DNA of 59,057 nucleotides, counting the filler. It is 8 parts of 8 records of this genome, joined end to end, with 100 filler letters (N's around TTAATTAATTAA, not from the genome) between each part and the next. Parts side by side here need not be neighbours in the genome. Positions count along the whole stretch, not along the records: positions 25,601 to 32,147 come from SRR31147125_174271; positions 32,248 to 39,585 come from SRR31147125_174804; positions 39,686 to 46,544 come from SRR31147125_174824; 5 more parts are not named here. One strand, given 5' to 3'. The position numbers and the translations under genes are program-made. This document shows positions 31,633 through 40,884 of the stretch, one piece after another. Under the pieces are notes generated by a model that did no database searches, was not told the DNA's origin, and worked only from the letters and a program-made list of their open reading frames with translations. The stretch's first letter is position 1, and each line of letters starts with the position of its first letter.

Positions 31633-32147
31633 ATCCCCACCTGGGCCATTACGCCGAACTGGAATCGGCCGGGGTCGTGGGGGTAGCGACCTGGGTACAT
31701 GTCGAAGGGGAAGACCAGGCCCACGGGACCGAACATCATGTCTATCTGGAGCCGGATTCCCACATTGGTGTTTCCGTCGAAATCAATCTGGACCGGAACG
31801 CCCGCTCCGGCTGATAGGGAGGGGATGACCAGCCAGATCCAGGGGGTGGCCAGGCTCAGTGTCGGTACAATGGTCACGTCCCGAGTGAAGTCCGTCTCTG
31901 CGGTGACGCCGAACAACGCCCAAGTGGCAATGCAGATCTCGTAACCAAGGCCTCCTACGAAACGGGAGTCGCCTGTACCGAACCTGCCGCCCAGGCGAAG
32001 GCTCACACCGCCGTTCACGATTAGCGGTTCTTCGACGGTAAAGGAGAAGTACAAAGTGTCCGGTGCATTCTTCTCGCAGGCATCACCTTCACATGACCAG
32101 TTCTGCCGAATGGTTCCGTCTTCGTCAGGCAAAGGCGTGGGGATCCC
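31629..32147 (-). CDS. Hypothetical protein with beta-barrel-like C-terminus, 5'-truncated
   Basis: Amphipathic beta strands ending FGVMAQVGM; stop overlaps the next start. Confidence 0.55.
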   Translation of the reverse strand, partial: GIPTPLPDEDGTIRQNWSCEGDACEKNAPDTLYFSFTVEEPLIVNGGVSLRLGGRFGTGDSRFVGGLGYEICIATWALFGVTAETDFTRDVTIVPTLSLATPWIWLVIPSLSAGAGVPVQIDFDGNTNVGIRLQIDMMFGPVGLVFPFDMYPGRYPHDPGRFQFGVMAQVGM

Positions 32148-32247
32148 NNNNNNNNNNNNNNNNNNNNNNNNNNNNNNNNNNNNNNNNNNNNTTAATTAAT
32201 TAANNNNNNNNNNNNNNNNNNNNNNNNNNNNNNNNNNNNNNNNNNNN

Positions 32248-32372
32248 CACCAAACACCTGACTCTAAATCCATATAACCTTTACCTTGCTCATCATATAA
32301 GTAAAGACCTTCACTTCTAGTAATATTTGGAATTTTTAGTTCGTGGCCTGTACAAAAAAACACATGCTCCAT
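32248..32372 (-). CDS. Class-III PLP aminotransferase, N-terminal fragment (putative second integron cassette)
   Basis: MEHVFFCTGHELKIPNITRSEGLYLYDEQGKGYMDLESGVW; RBS GGAG. Confidence 0.8.
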
Positions 32373-32396
32373 ATCTTACTCTCCGTGAAAAATTTT

Positions 32397-32477
32397 TTCG
32401 TACGCTCCCCTTCACGGGCGACGGTTCAAGCCGCGAAGCAGACGGGTTCGTTGTCTTCGTGTGAGCGTTTGTGCGGC
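32397..32477 (-). mobile_element. Putative integron attC site
   Basis: Cassette strand reads R'' GCCGCAC, 5 nt, L'' CTCACACG ... L' CGTGAAG, 6 nt, R' GTACGAA. The opposite strand forms a long hairpin with G-T pairs and a bulge. It starts 5 nt after the blc stop. Confidence 0.65.
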
Positions 32478-32482
32478 GCTTA

Positions 32483-32992
32483 TCATTGATTAACCCAAAT
32501 CAGCTTACTTGGGTCAAAACCCCTCTTCTTCAATACATCTTTGAAATGTTCCTTGAGCTCTTTTGAAACGGTTGGAGTACGTGACAAAAACCATACGTAT
32601 GACTTTTTTGAACTCGTTACAAATGCATATTGATAATTTTTCTTATCTAATTCGAAAACAACGTAGGAACCGTAAAAAGGACCGAAAAAAGAAACTTTGA
32701 GATATCCCATATTCTTATTCTCAACAAAACAGGCTTTTCCTATCGATTTTTTCCATTTATTCTCTTTCACAGAAAAGCCCTTGTTTTCAACCCGTACACC
32801 ACGATCTTCCCGAACACTGTATTCCGCCGTAACCGATTCCAACCCTCTTTCGAATGAATGATCAAATCTTGCAATTTCGTACCATTTCCCAAGATACTTA
32901 TCGAGTTCAAAGCCCGTTACCGGATTGACAGTCTCAGGATATCCAAGACATCCGTATAGTAACATTGATACTGCTATTAGTAGCTGTTTCAT
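32483..32992 (-). CDS. blc: Bacterial lipocalin lipoprotein (putative first integron cassette)
   Basis: Lipobox LYGC; YLGKWYEIARFDHSFERG, LKVSFFGPFYGSY and WFLSRTP motifs; AT-rich. Confidence 0.92.
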   Translation of the reverse strand: MKQLLIAVSMLLYGCLGYPETVNPVTGFELDKYLGKWYEIARFDHSFERGLESVTAEYSVREDRGVRVENKGFSVKENKWKKSIGKACFVENKNMGYLKVSFFGPFYGSYVVFELDKKNYQYAFVTSSKKSYVWFLSRTPTVSKELKEHFKDVLKKRGFDPSKLIWVNQ

Positions 32993-33004
32993 GATTTTCC
33001 TTGC

Positions 33005-33075
33005 GCCGAACATTAATATTATGCGGATAGCCGCTTTTTGCAGTAATTATACGTATTATGTGGCTATCCGCATAA
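33005..33075 (-). mobile_element. Putative attI-like site
   Basis: Core GTTCGGC lies 12 nt upstream of the blc ATG, preceded by a perfect 14-bp inverted repeat TTATGCGGATAGCC (33019-33032) / GGCTATCCGCATAA (33062-33075). Confidence 0.6.
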
Positions 33076-33283
33076 GTTCACATAAAAATTTAGCACGATA
33101 TATAAAAGCTGTTACAAATTACCGAAATATTGGTACAATTAAATAAAAACGGACATCCGTTTCAATAATTATACTATCAGTTTTTTACAACTTTGTAATT
33201 AAATTACCTTTTAAACAACTGAAGATTAAAGCGTCTCAATTCCGGGAATGAATTATCCATCGATATGAACGGGGAAAGAGTAG

Positions 33284-33420
33284 AGACTACATTGGCGTAA
33301 TTATTTCTCGGCTAAGCCTGCAACAAAGCTGACCGGCATAATTGACACCATAAGATCCGAGATGGTCAATATGTTGCGACTGAAGCACTATTTTTGCAAA
33401 TAGAGCGAACCTGCACCACT
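33284..33420 (+). pseudogene. intI: Remnant of integron integrase N-terminal domain
   Basis: IIDTIRSEMVNMLRLKHY and, after a 1-nt shift, LQIERTC resemble the IntI R-[LR]-[KR]-H-Y-S-x-x-T-E-x-x-Y motif. It is divergent from attI and ends at the REP/MITE-like element. Confidence 0.55.
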
Positions 33421-33568
33421 AACCCGGCAATTAAGAATATCAGCGATCGTCATCCTGCGCAGGCCGGGCACGCAGTGAATCCTTGGCGTTATACAGACCC
33501 TTCCTGGATTCCGGATCAAGTCCGGGATGAAAAAGGTTGGCCTATCTGATTGCCGCTTTAATAATAGT
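33418..33568. repeat. REP/MITE-like palindromic element
   Basis: Imperfect terminal inverted repeats TAACCCGGCAAT...ATTGCCGCTTTA enclose GTCATCCTGCGCAGGCCGGG and CTGGATTCCGGATCAAGTCCGGGATGA palindromic units. Confidence 0.6.
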
Positions 33569-33616
33569 GAGTTTTCGCTATTGTAGTATGAAAATGAAAA
33601 TGCAAATTTATATTTG

Positions 33617-35466
33617 CTATATTGCTTGTACTGTTCTTCTTTTTCCGCATACAAAAGCGCTACCAGCAGAACAAACCCCACCGCTGTCAACCACAACTGA
33701 GGGTAGAACAGCAAAACAGAACTGAGCAGAAACAGGGCCCTTGTAATCCAGTTTATACGTCGCAGGAAGAAGCCTTGTGCGGCGATGGCCAGAGCGAAGA
33801 CCCCTATGGCGGCGACGATAAATACGAAAAGAATCTGCAGCAGGTCCCCTTTCATTAACAGTGCCGGATTGTACACAAATAGATAGGGTAGCGTATAAAG
33901 CACTATTCCGAATCGAACCGCTTCTAAACCGGTTTTCATGGGCGGTGATTCAGCTATGGCCGCGGCTGTAAAGGCCGTGGTGCAGATGGGCGGGGTGATC
34001 AGTGAGAGGGCACAGAAATAGAAGATAAACATATGGGCGGCGACCGGTGTTACGCCGAGTTGGACGAGAATGGGGACTTCGAGCGCGGCGAGGACAATAT
34101 AGGAGACCACCGGGGGAAGTCCCATGCCCAGGACAATGGAGATGACCATTATCCAGAACAGGGTGAGGAAGAGGCTGCCGCCGGCCAGGTATAAGATGAT
34201 GTCGTTGAGCTTCATTCCCACGCCTGTGAGGGTTAGCAGGCCGAGGATAATGCCGGCTGCTGCGCAGGGTACGGTGATGATGATGATCCGGATTGCGCCG
34301 TCGCGCAGGGAGGATATTATCTTGGAGAGGTTCAAACTTCGGGTGAAGATGGAGATGATCCAGAGGGAGAGCAGGGAGTAGGCGCAGGCGTACATGGCTG
34401 AGTAGCGCATCGACATCAGCACGATCAGCAGCACTACCGGAATGATGAAAGGGGTTCCTTTCTTCAGGACAGGCCAGAGCTTGGGCAGGTTCTCTTTTTC
34501 AATGCCTTTGAACCCTTTGTATCCGGCATAGAGGTCAACCATGAGAAAGAGACCGAAGTAGTGAAAAAAGGCCGGTAACGCGGCCGCTTTGCAGACGCTC
34601 CAGTAGCTGATGCCTGCCATCTGCGCCATGATAAAGGCAACGGCGCCCATGATCGGGGGGGTTTTATACCCCCCCGATGATGCCACTGCTTCGATGGCGC
34701 CGGCCGCATAGGACTCCATGCCTGATTTCTTCATCATGGGGATGGTTACCGATCCGGTGGTGGCCACGTTGGCGGCTGAGCTGCCCGAGAGCATTCCCAT
34801 CAATCCACTCGAGAAGATGGCTGCTTTGGCCGGCCCGCCGCGCTTACCGCCCGCCAGGGCGGTTGCGATGTCCAGAAAGACATCCGAGGCACCGGCCTTT
34901 TCAATAAACGCTCCGAAGATAATGAAGATAATGACGATGGTGGCGCATACCCCCACGGGGATGCCGTAGATACCTTCGGTTCCGGCGAAAACCTGGACCA
35001 CGATCCTTTCCAGGCCATAGCCTCTGTGGGCCAGGAATCCGGGAATATAGTTGCCAAAATAGGCATATAAAATGAACACCAGGACGATAATGGAGAGCGA
35101 CAGACCGACCGTGCGTCTGGTAAGCTCCAGAATGACTGCGATGGCGATGACGCCCAGCGTTAAACCTGTCGCACTGAGAAATGGGTTGATATAGAGCTCT
35201 TCCCACTCTACTGCCAGATAGACATTTGCAGCGATAAACAGCGCGCAGAGGAGCGTATTGATCGAAAGTTCTATTCGCGGATGCCGTTTCTCCAATCTGC
35301 TCTGGTATAGAAAAAATGAGAGAATGAAGACCATCGTCAGGTGGAATGTCCTTTGAATGATGGTCGGGAAAGTCCCGAAAAAGGCGGTGTAGAGCGAGAC
35401 CACAGATAGAATAACCGCACAGCTGGTGATGAAACCGTCAACGATTCGCTTAGGTTGGTCCGACAT
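33617..35466 (-). CDS. TRAP transporter 4TM/12TM fused permease (TAXI type)
   Basis: GGPAK, SGSSAANV, TPPIMGAVAF, GMGLPP and ITPPIC motifs. The true stop is probably at 33617 (FVCGKRRTVQAI*) after a T-run indel; otherwise the ORF reads through the repeat to 33388. Confidence 0.9.
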
Positions 35467-35503
35467 GCTTAGCCCCCTGGTGTAATGCACTTCCGCTTCT
35501 GTT

Positions 35504-36532
35504 TTACCCGGTTACGCCCATCTCATTGTAGTACCGTTTGGCGCCGGGGTGGATCGGCACGGGCATGCCCGCGAACACCTTCTGCAGTTTCGTTTTTTTG
35601 AACACCGATGAGGCGTTGATGATAAAATCCATGTTTTCGAAAACAGACTTGGTCGCCTTGTACATGAAATCGTCATCCAGGTAGGACCCGCAGCAGGTGG
35701 TGTAGGCCAGCATGACATACTCGATTGGGTCTTTCTGTCCACGGTAGGTTTCGGCCGCCAGGTCGTCGAAATAGAATGAGGGCTCCTTCTCTTTGATCTT
35801 GGCTTTGGCCGAATCTTCGATGGGGATGAAGTTGAGTTTTACCGAATCGGCCATGCGCATATAGCCCGGGACACCGGCGCCCATGAAGTAGGAGCAGGCA
35901 TCGATGTGGCCGTCGATCATTTTCTGAATGGCGTCGTTGAACTGGATCTTTTCGGATTTGTAGTCTTTGCCCGGCATCAGTCCATGGGCGGGAAAAATCA
36001 CCTCGTCATTGCCGAGCTGGGTCATCGAACCGGGGGTGCTGGTGGCGATCTTCATTCCCTTGAGATCGGAAATCGTCTTGGCGCCTGTGCTGCTGCGGGC
36101 CACGATGGTGAAGATGCCCGGGTAGGCGGCAAACCATCCCATGACATCGTTTTTGGTCTTGAAGGGATCGAGGCCGTTGTAGCCTTTATAAAGGAAATTG
36201 GCAGTGGTCCATCCCAGCTCCATCTCTCTGCGGTGAATGCGCATGATATTCTCCCGCGAAGCCCCCGGCGTCGTGACGCCGGTGACATGGTAGCCGGGAA
36301 CATTGTCGCTGATCATTTTGGACATGGCCACGGCGAGCGGATACCAGGAACCGGCCGAGCTTGCGGAACCGAAAGTGTACTCTTTGGTGCCTGCGCCAAA
36401 TGCGAGGCCCGGCAATCCGCCCATCACTCCGGCAGCGGCAATGCCTGCGGTTGCAGTTTTGATAAATTGACGTTCGCTGACGCCATCCGGCATCTCAAAT
36501 TTTTGTCTGTTGTTCTCTTGGTTCTTTTTCAT
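35504..36532 (-). CDS. TAXI-family TRAP solute-binding protein with Tat-like leader
   Basis: FGSASSAGSWYP, TPGASREN, DLKGMK and PIHPGAKRYY motifs. Confidence 0.9.
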   Translation of the reverse strand: MKKNQENNRQKFEMPDGVSERQFIKTATAGIAAAGVMGGLPGLAFGAGTKEYTFGSASSAGSWYPLAVAMSKMISDNVPGYHVTGVTTPGASRENIMRIHRREMELGWTTANFLYKGYNGLDPFKTKNDVMGWFAAYPGIFTIVARSSTGAKTISDLKGMKIATSTPGSMTQLGNDEVIFPAHGLMPGKDYKSEKIQFNDAIQKMIDGHIDACSYFMGAGVPGYMRMADSVKLNFIPIEDSAKAKIKEKEPSFYFDDLAAETYRGQKDPIEYVMLAYTTCCGSYLDDDFMYKATKSVFENMDFIINASSVFKKTKLQKVFAGMPVPIHPGAKRYYNEMGVTG

Positions 36533-36673
36533 GCGAAATTCCTTTCTTCTTGGCAGATCAACAATGTGGAACGACTCCATCCGTTCATGTATCTTCCAAA
36601 GAGCATGAAAAGCTTCCTTTTTACCACCTCCTTTTGATGCGTCCGCTCTGTTGATCGCCGCGTGGAGCGGTCA

Positions 36674-38194
36674 TTAGAATTTTCCCAGTTGGCTCTTCAT
36701 AATTTTTCCAACAGGATTTTTGGGCAGATCGTCAACCAAAGAGACCTCCGGGCACTTGTAAGGTGCCAGGTGTTCTTTGCAATAGCGTGCGATCGCCTGC
36801 GCCTCTGTTTTGGATCCGGGTTTGCATACAACGAATGCTTTTGGGACCTGCCCCTTTTCGGAATGTTCGACACCGACAACAGCCGCTTCTATAACGTCCG
36901 GGTGCTGGAAGAGGATCTCTTCGATCTCCCGGGGATAGATGTTGTAACCGCCGGTGATGATCAACTCTTTGTCACGCCCTACGATGAAATAGTAGTCGTC
37001 GTTGTCCCTGAAAGCATGATCACCGGTATGCACCCAGCCGTTTCGCATTTTCTCATCGGTCTGCTCCGGCAGGTTCCAATAGCCCTTGCTGGCATTGGAA
37101 CCGCGGAATACGAGTTCGCCGATCTCATCGGGGCCAAGTTCACGATTGGCCGGGTCTACGATCTTGGCTTCCACACCGGACACTGTGATGCCAATAGACC
37201 CCTGTTTGCGAAGGCCGTATATTGGATTGGCCGTTACCAAACCGGTAGATTCAGTCAAACCGTATACCTCGAGGACCTCAGTCTGAAATTTTTCTTCGAT
37301 CTCGCGAAGCGCTTCTACGTCGAGCGAGGCCCCGCCGGAGAGAAACATGCGCAGCGACGCGACACTTTTCCTGTTCTCGGAAAAAGCGGATATGAGGTAG
37401 TGCAGCATGGTAGGGACGCCGGGGAACCATGTGACGCTGTAGCGCTCGATGGCGTCGAAGACATCTTCGGTGGTGAAGCGCTCCATGACGATTACCGTGC
37501 CCCCCGAACTGAGACTCCCCAATACCGGGCTGGCGTTTGCGAACACGTGGACCAGCGGAAGGGCCGCGATGGTTACATCCCCTTTGCGCAGGCCGTAATT
37601 TTGGGCCACGTTGGGGCCCGAAAAGGTCAGGTTCCGGTGGGTGATCATCACCCCTTTCGGCTTGCCGGTTGTTCCTGAGGTGTAGAACAGGATGGCAAGG
37701 TCATCCGGATCTCGGGGCGTCGTTTCGACACCGCCGATATCGCCGAGCGCTTCGACCATGGCTTCTTCGAGAACATCCTCAAGGTTCTGTCTTTCGTGCT
37801 TTATGAACGTCTGCTTCAAGGAGGGCAGGTCAGGGGCGATGCCTTCGACCTTAAAGGCCAGTTCGGCAGTGGTGACCAGCATAACGGCCCGGGCGTCATT
37901 GATGATGAATTCGATTTCGGGAGGTGGGTATATCGGGTTGATCGGAACGGCGACACCCCCGGCCTTTATGATAGAGAAGTAGGCGAGGATAAAATCGGAG
38001 TGGTTGGGGTGGAGCAGGGCGACGCGATCCTCTTTTTTAAGGCCAAGTTGTCCGAACCGCCAGGCGAGCCGGTCTGTGATGTCGGCAAACGCCTGGTAGG
38101 AGATGGCGTGATCCGTGCCGTGGTCTTTCAAAAAAATACGGCCGCCATACTGTTGCGCCTTCTCTTTAACAAATGTGGCAAGATCTTTGGCCAT
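36674..38194 (-). CDS. Acyl-CoA synthetase (long-chain fatty acid-CoA ligase family)
   Basis: YTSGTTGKPKG, YGLTE, HTGD, GRDKELIITGGYNIYPREIE, PKNPVGK. Confidence 0.93.
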   Translation of the reverse strand: MAKDLATFVKEKAQQYGGRIFLKDHGTDHAISYQAFADITDRLAWRFGQLGLKKEDRVALLHPNHSDFILAYFSIIKAGGVAVPINPIYPPPEIEFIINDARAVMLVTTAELAFKVEGIAPDLPSLKQTFIKHERQNLEDVLEEAMVEALGDIGGVETTPRDPDDLAILFYTSGTTGKPKGVMITHRNLTFSGPNVAQNYGLRKGDVTIAALPLVHVFANASPVLGSLSSGGTVIVMERFTTEDVFDAIERYSVTWFPGVPTMLHYLISAFSENRKSVASLRMFLSGGASLDVEALREIEEKFQTEVLEVYGLTESTGLVTANPIYGLRKQGSIGITVSGVEAKIVDPANRELGPDEIGELVFRGSNASKGYWNLPEQTDEKMRNGWVHTGDHAFRDNDDYYFIVGRDKELIITGGYNIYPREIEEILFQHPDVIEAAVVGVEHSEKGQVPKAFVVCKPGSKTEAQAIARYCKEHLAPYKCPEVSLVDDLPKNPVGKIMKSQLGKF

Positions 38195-38219
38195 GTCGAC
38201 GGTCCTTGTTTGTCGCCTC

Positions 38220-38999
38220 TCAGATGACGGTTCTGCCGCCATCCACGAAAATGGTCTGTCCGGTCATAAATTGCGATGCTTCGGATGCCAGAAAGAGAAC
38301 CGGGCCGATAATCTCTTTGGGGCTGCCGATCTTTTTCAAAGGTGTCATGGAGAGGATGTTCTCCAGAATTGCGGGATCGTTGATCCGGTCTTCGACCAGC
38401 GGGGTGGCGAAATAGCCGGGAGCGACCGCATTGACGTTGATGTGATGGGGGGCCAGCTCTTCGGCAAACGACTTGGTCAGCATGATGACCGCCGCCTTTG
38501 TGCCGGCATAGATCGAGTTGGGAATGCCCGGTCGCAAGAGCAGGCCGGCCGAGGAAGCGATGTTGATGATTCTGCCCGCACCTTTGGCAATCATTCGCCT
38601 GGCCACGATCTGGCTGGTAAAGTAGACGCCCCTGAAGTTCACACGGGAGACGCCATCAAACTCCTGCGGGGTGACCTCCAGCATCGGTTTGTGGACATTA
38701 ACGCCCGCATTGTTGACGAGGCAGTCGATGCGCCCGAAATGTCCAATTGCCTGCTGTACCATCTGTTCGATGGCGTCGACATCACCGACATCGGCCGCCA
38801 GGGGCAATGCGTCAACGCCATGCTGAAAAATTTCCTGCGCCGTCTGTTCGCTTCCCTTCAAGCTGCGTGAGATCACTACCACATGGGCTCCCGCCTGGGC
38901 CATTCCCAAAGCGATCCACCTGCCCAGTCCACGGGATGCTCCGGTGACAAGCGTGACCAGGCCGTCGAGGCGAAAATTGGGATACTCAATATGCTCCAT
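38220..38999 (-). CDS. SDR oxidoreductase (gluconate 5-dehydrogenase/KduD-like)
   Basis: TGASRGLG, NNAG, YAGTK, APGYFAT. Confidence 0.88.
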   Translation of the reverse strand: MEHIEYPNFRLDGLVTLVTGASRGLGRWIALGMAQAGAHVVVISRSLKGSEQTAQEIFQHGVDALPLAADVGDVDAIEQMVQQAIGHFGRIDCLVNNAGVNVHKPMLEVTPQEFDGVSRVNFRGVYFTSQIVARRMIAKGAGRIINIASSAGLLLRPGIPNSIYAGTKAAVIMLTKSFAEELAPHHINVNAVAPGYFATPLVEDRINDPAILENILSMTPLKKIGSPKEIIGPVLFLASEASQFMTGQTIFVDGGRTVI

Positions 39000-39047
39000 G
39001 AACCGTTCTTTCGGGGTAGATACGTTTCAATCCAAATTCAATTCTTA

Positions 39048-39585
39048 TCAGATGCGCCTAACCGGCGCTTTTGATAAGAATTGAACCAGCACATCCTTGG
39101 CGCGGTGGATATGGTTTTCCATCGTCTCGCCGGCTTTTCTGGCATCTTTTTTCGAAACCAGTTCGACGATTCTTTCATGGTCCCCGGCATAATCCCAGGA
39201 AGTCGTTACAATCAGGCTGATATAGCGATAGCGGGTGATTCGGGTTCGAATCTCTTCAGCCAGCCAGTTCATCTTCTCATTCCCGCACTTTTCCCTGAAC
39301 AGCCGATGGAATTCCAGGTTGAGCGGAATCCACTCCTCAACCGCCCTCTCTTTTGCCTCTAAAACTTTCTTGAGGGAGCGGTTGATTGTTTTCAGCCGTT
39401 CAATATCGCTCTTTTTCATTAACGGCGTGGCCCACTCGACGGCCTTTCCTTCGACAACGGCCAACAGGTTGTAGAAGTCTTTCACCTCATCCGCGGAGGG
39501 CTCCCTCACCGTGGCGCCCTGATTGGGAACGAGTGCCACGAAGCCTTGTTGCTCCAATTTGTTCAGCGCCTCCCGCACGGGCCCC
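39048..39585 (-). CDS. GntR/FCD transcriptional regulator, 5'-truncated
   Basis: PVREAL..LE..GFV, NLEFH, DHERI and MENHI motifs. Confidence 0.88.
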
Positions 39586-39685
39586 NNNNNNNNNNNNNNN
39601 NNNNNNNNNNNNNNNNNNNNNNNNNNNNNTTAATTAATTAANNNNNNNNNNNNNNNNNNNNNNNNNNNNNNNNNNNNNNNNNNNN

Positions 39686-39714
39686 ATCATCATCATCATC
39701 ATCATCATCATCAT
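39686..39714. repeat. (CAT)n microsatellite at contig end; (GT)n tracts also at about 40669-40691 and 52986-53009
   Basis: Seen directly in the sequence. Confidence 0.9.
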
Positions 39715-39799
39715 GAGACATGTCCGACGGAAGGACTTCTTCTCCTGTTTCCCCTTCCCTCTTTGTTGTTGCTGTGCCTCTTGTTGTCCTACAGAAATC

Positions 39800-40816
39800 A
39801 TGGCGTCCTTGTTTCATCGCAAAACACTTGCCGGTTTGTGGGCTGGGCTGGGGGATGAGTGTTGCGTCACCGATGCGTCTTCCAGAGCGTGTGCGAGAGT
39901 ACAAGAGGACTATTAACAAAGCCGAGAGAGACCTTGATCGAGAGCGTACAAAGTTGCAAGGCCAGGAGAGGAAGCTCATTAGTGAGATCAAGTCAATGGC
40001 TAAGAAAGGCCAAATGGTTGGTAAGCCCTGGGTAGAAGGCCTCCCTCTCACGCGTGTCCCCTTCTAGGATGCAGCAAAGATTATGGCCAAGGACCTGGTG
40101 CGTACACGGAGGTACATTACGAAATTCTTCAAAATGAAGACACACCTCCAAGCGATTTCCCTTAAACTCGTCGTACGCTGTGTTGTTCATCAATCTATTG
40201 ATAATGGGGGGTGACACGGGCAGACACTTCAATCGAGTGAAGCCCTTGCGCGTGTCATGAAGAACACGACAAAGGTGAGTTGTTGTTGTTCTTGTCGTCT
40301 CGTTCTTTCCTCGCTGATTCTTCACGATCGTAGGCAATGCAACAAATGAACAAATCCGTGCGTCGTTAGATGGCTAGTTAAAGATTGTCTCCCTCAACGT
40401 TTCTTGTTTGTGCCTAGGTCAACATCCCAGCTCTCCAGAAAGTGATGATGGATTTTGAAAAACAAAGTGATCAAATGGACATGAAGGAGGAGATGATGGG
40501 TGATACGCTGGATGATGTCATGGGTGATGAGGAGGCGCGTGATGGGGCGGGACATGTGTCGGAGTGGTCTTGCTCATGCTGTCAGGGTATCAGGAGGACG
40601 AAGAAAGTGAACAGGTTGTGGGCAAGGTACTGGCCGAGTTAGGACTGGAGATGACTGGAGAGGTACTGTTGTGTGTGTGTGTGTGTGTGTGATTCATGCC
40701 GGTTTCAGTTCAAGGCAACACCCGAAGCCGTTGCCTCAACCTCCAAACAAGCCGAAGCTGCGGCTGTCGACGCTGATCTCCAAGCTCGTTTCGACAATCT
40801 AGGGCGCAACTCTTGA
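39800..40816 (+). CDS. CHMP2A: ESCRT-III subunit CHMP2A/Vps2, eukaryotic, 8 exons
   Basis: Manual splicing gives MASLFHRKTLAERVREYKRTINKAERDLDRER...KGQMDAAKIMAKDLVRTRRYITKF...MMDFEKQSDQMDMKEEMMGDTLDD...DADLQARFDNL. Seven introns of about 45-60 nt. Confidence 0.92.
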
Positions 40817-40884
40817 AGGCATTTGTGTAATTAGTGGTAGTGAGGGGGAGAAGAAAGGAAGTGAGGGATACAACTGATGACGGC

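Noticed and set aside
33388-33616. C-terminal extension of the TRAP permease
   Set aside because: It translates an AT-rich spacer and a REP-like element; a T-run indel gives a normal stop at 33617.
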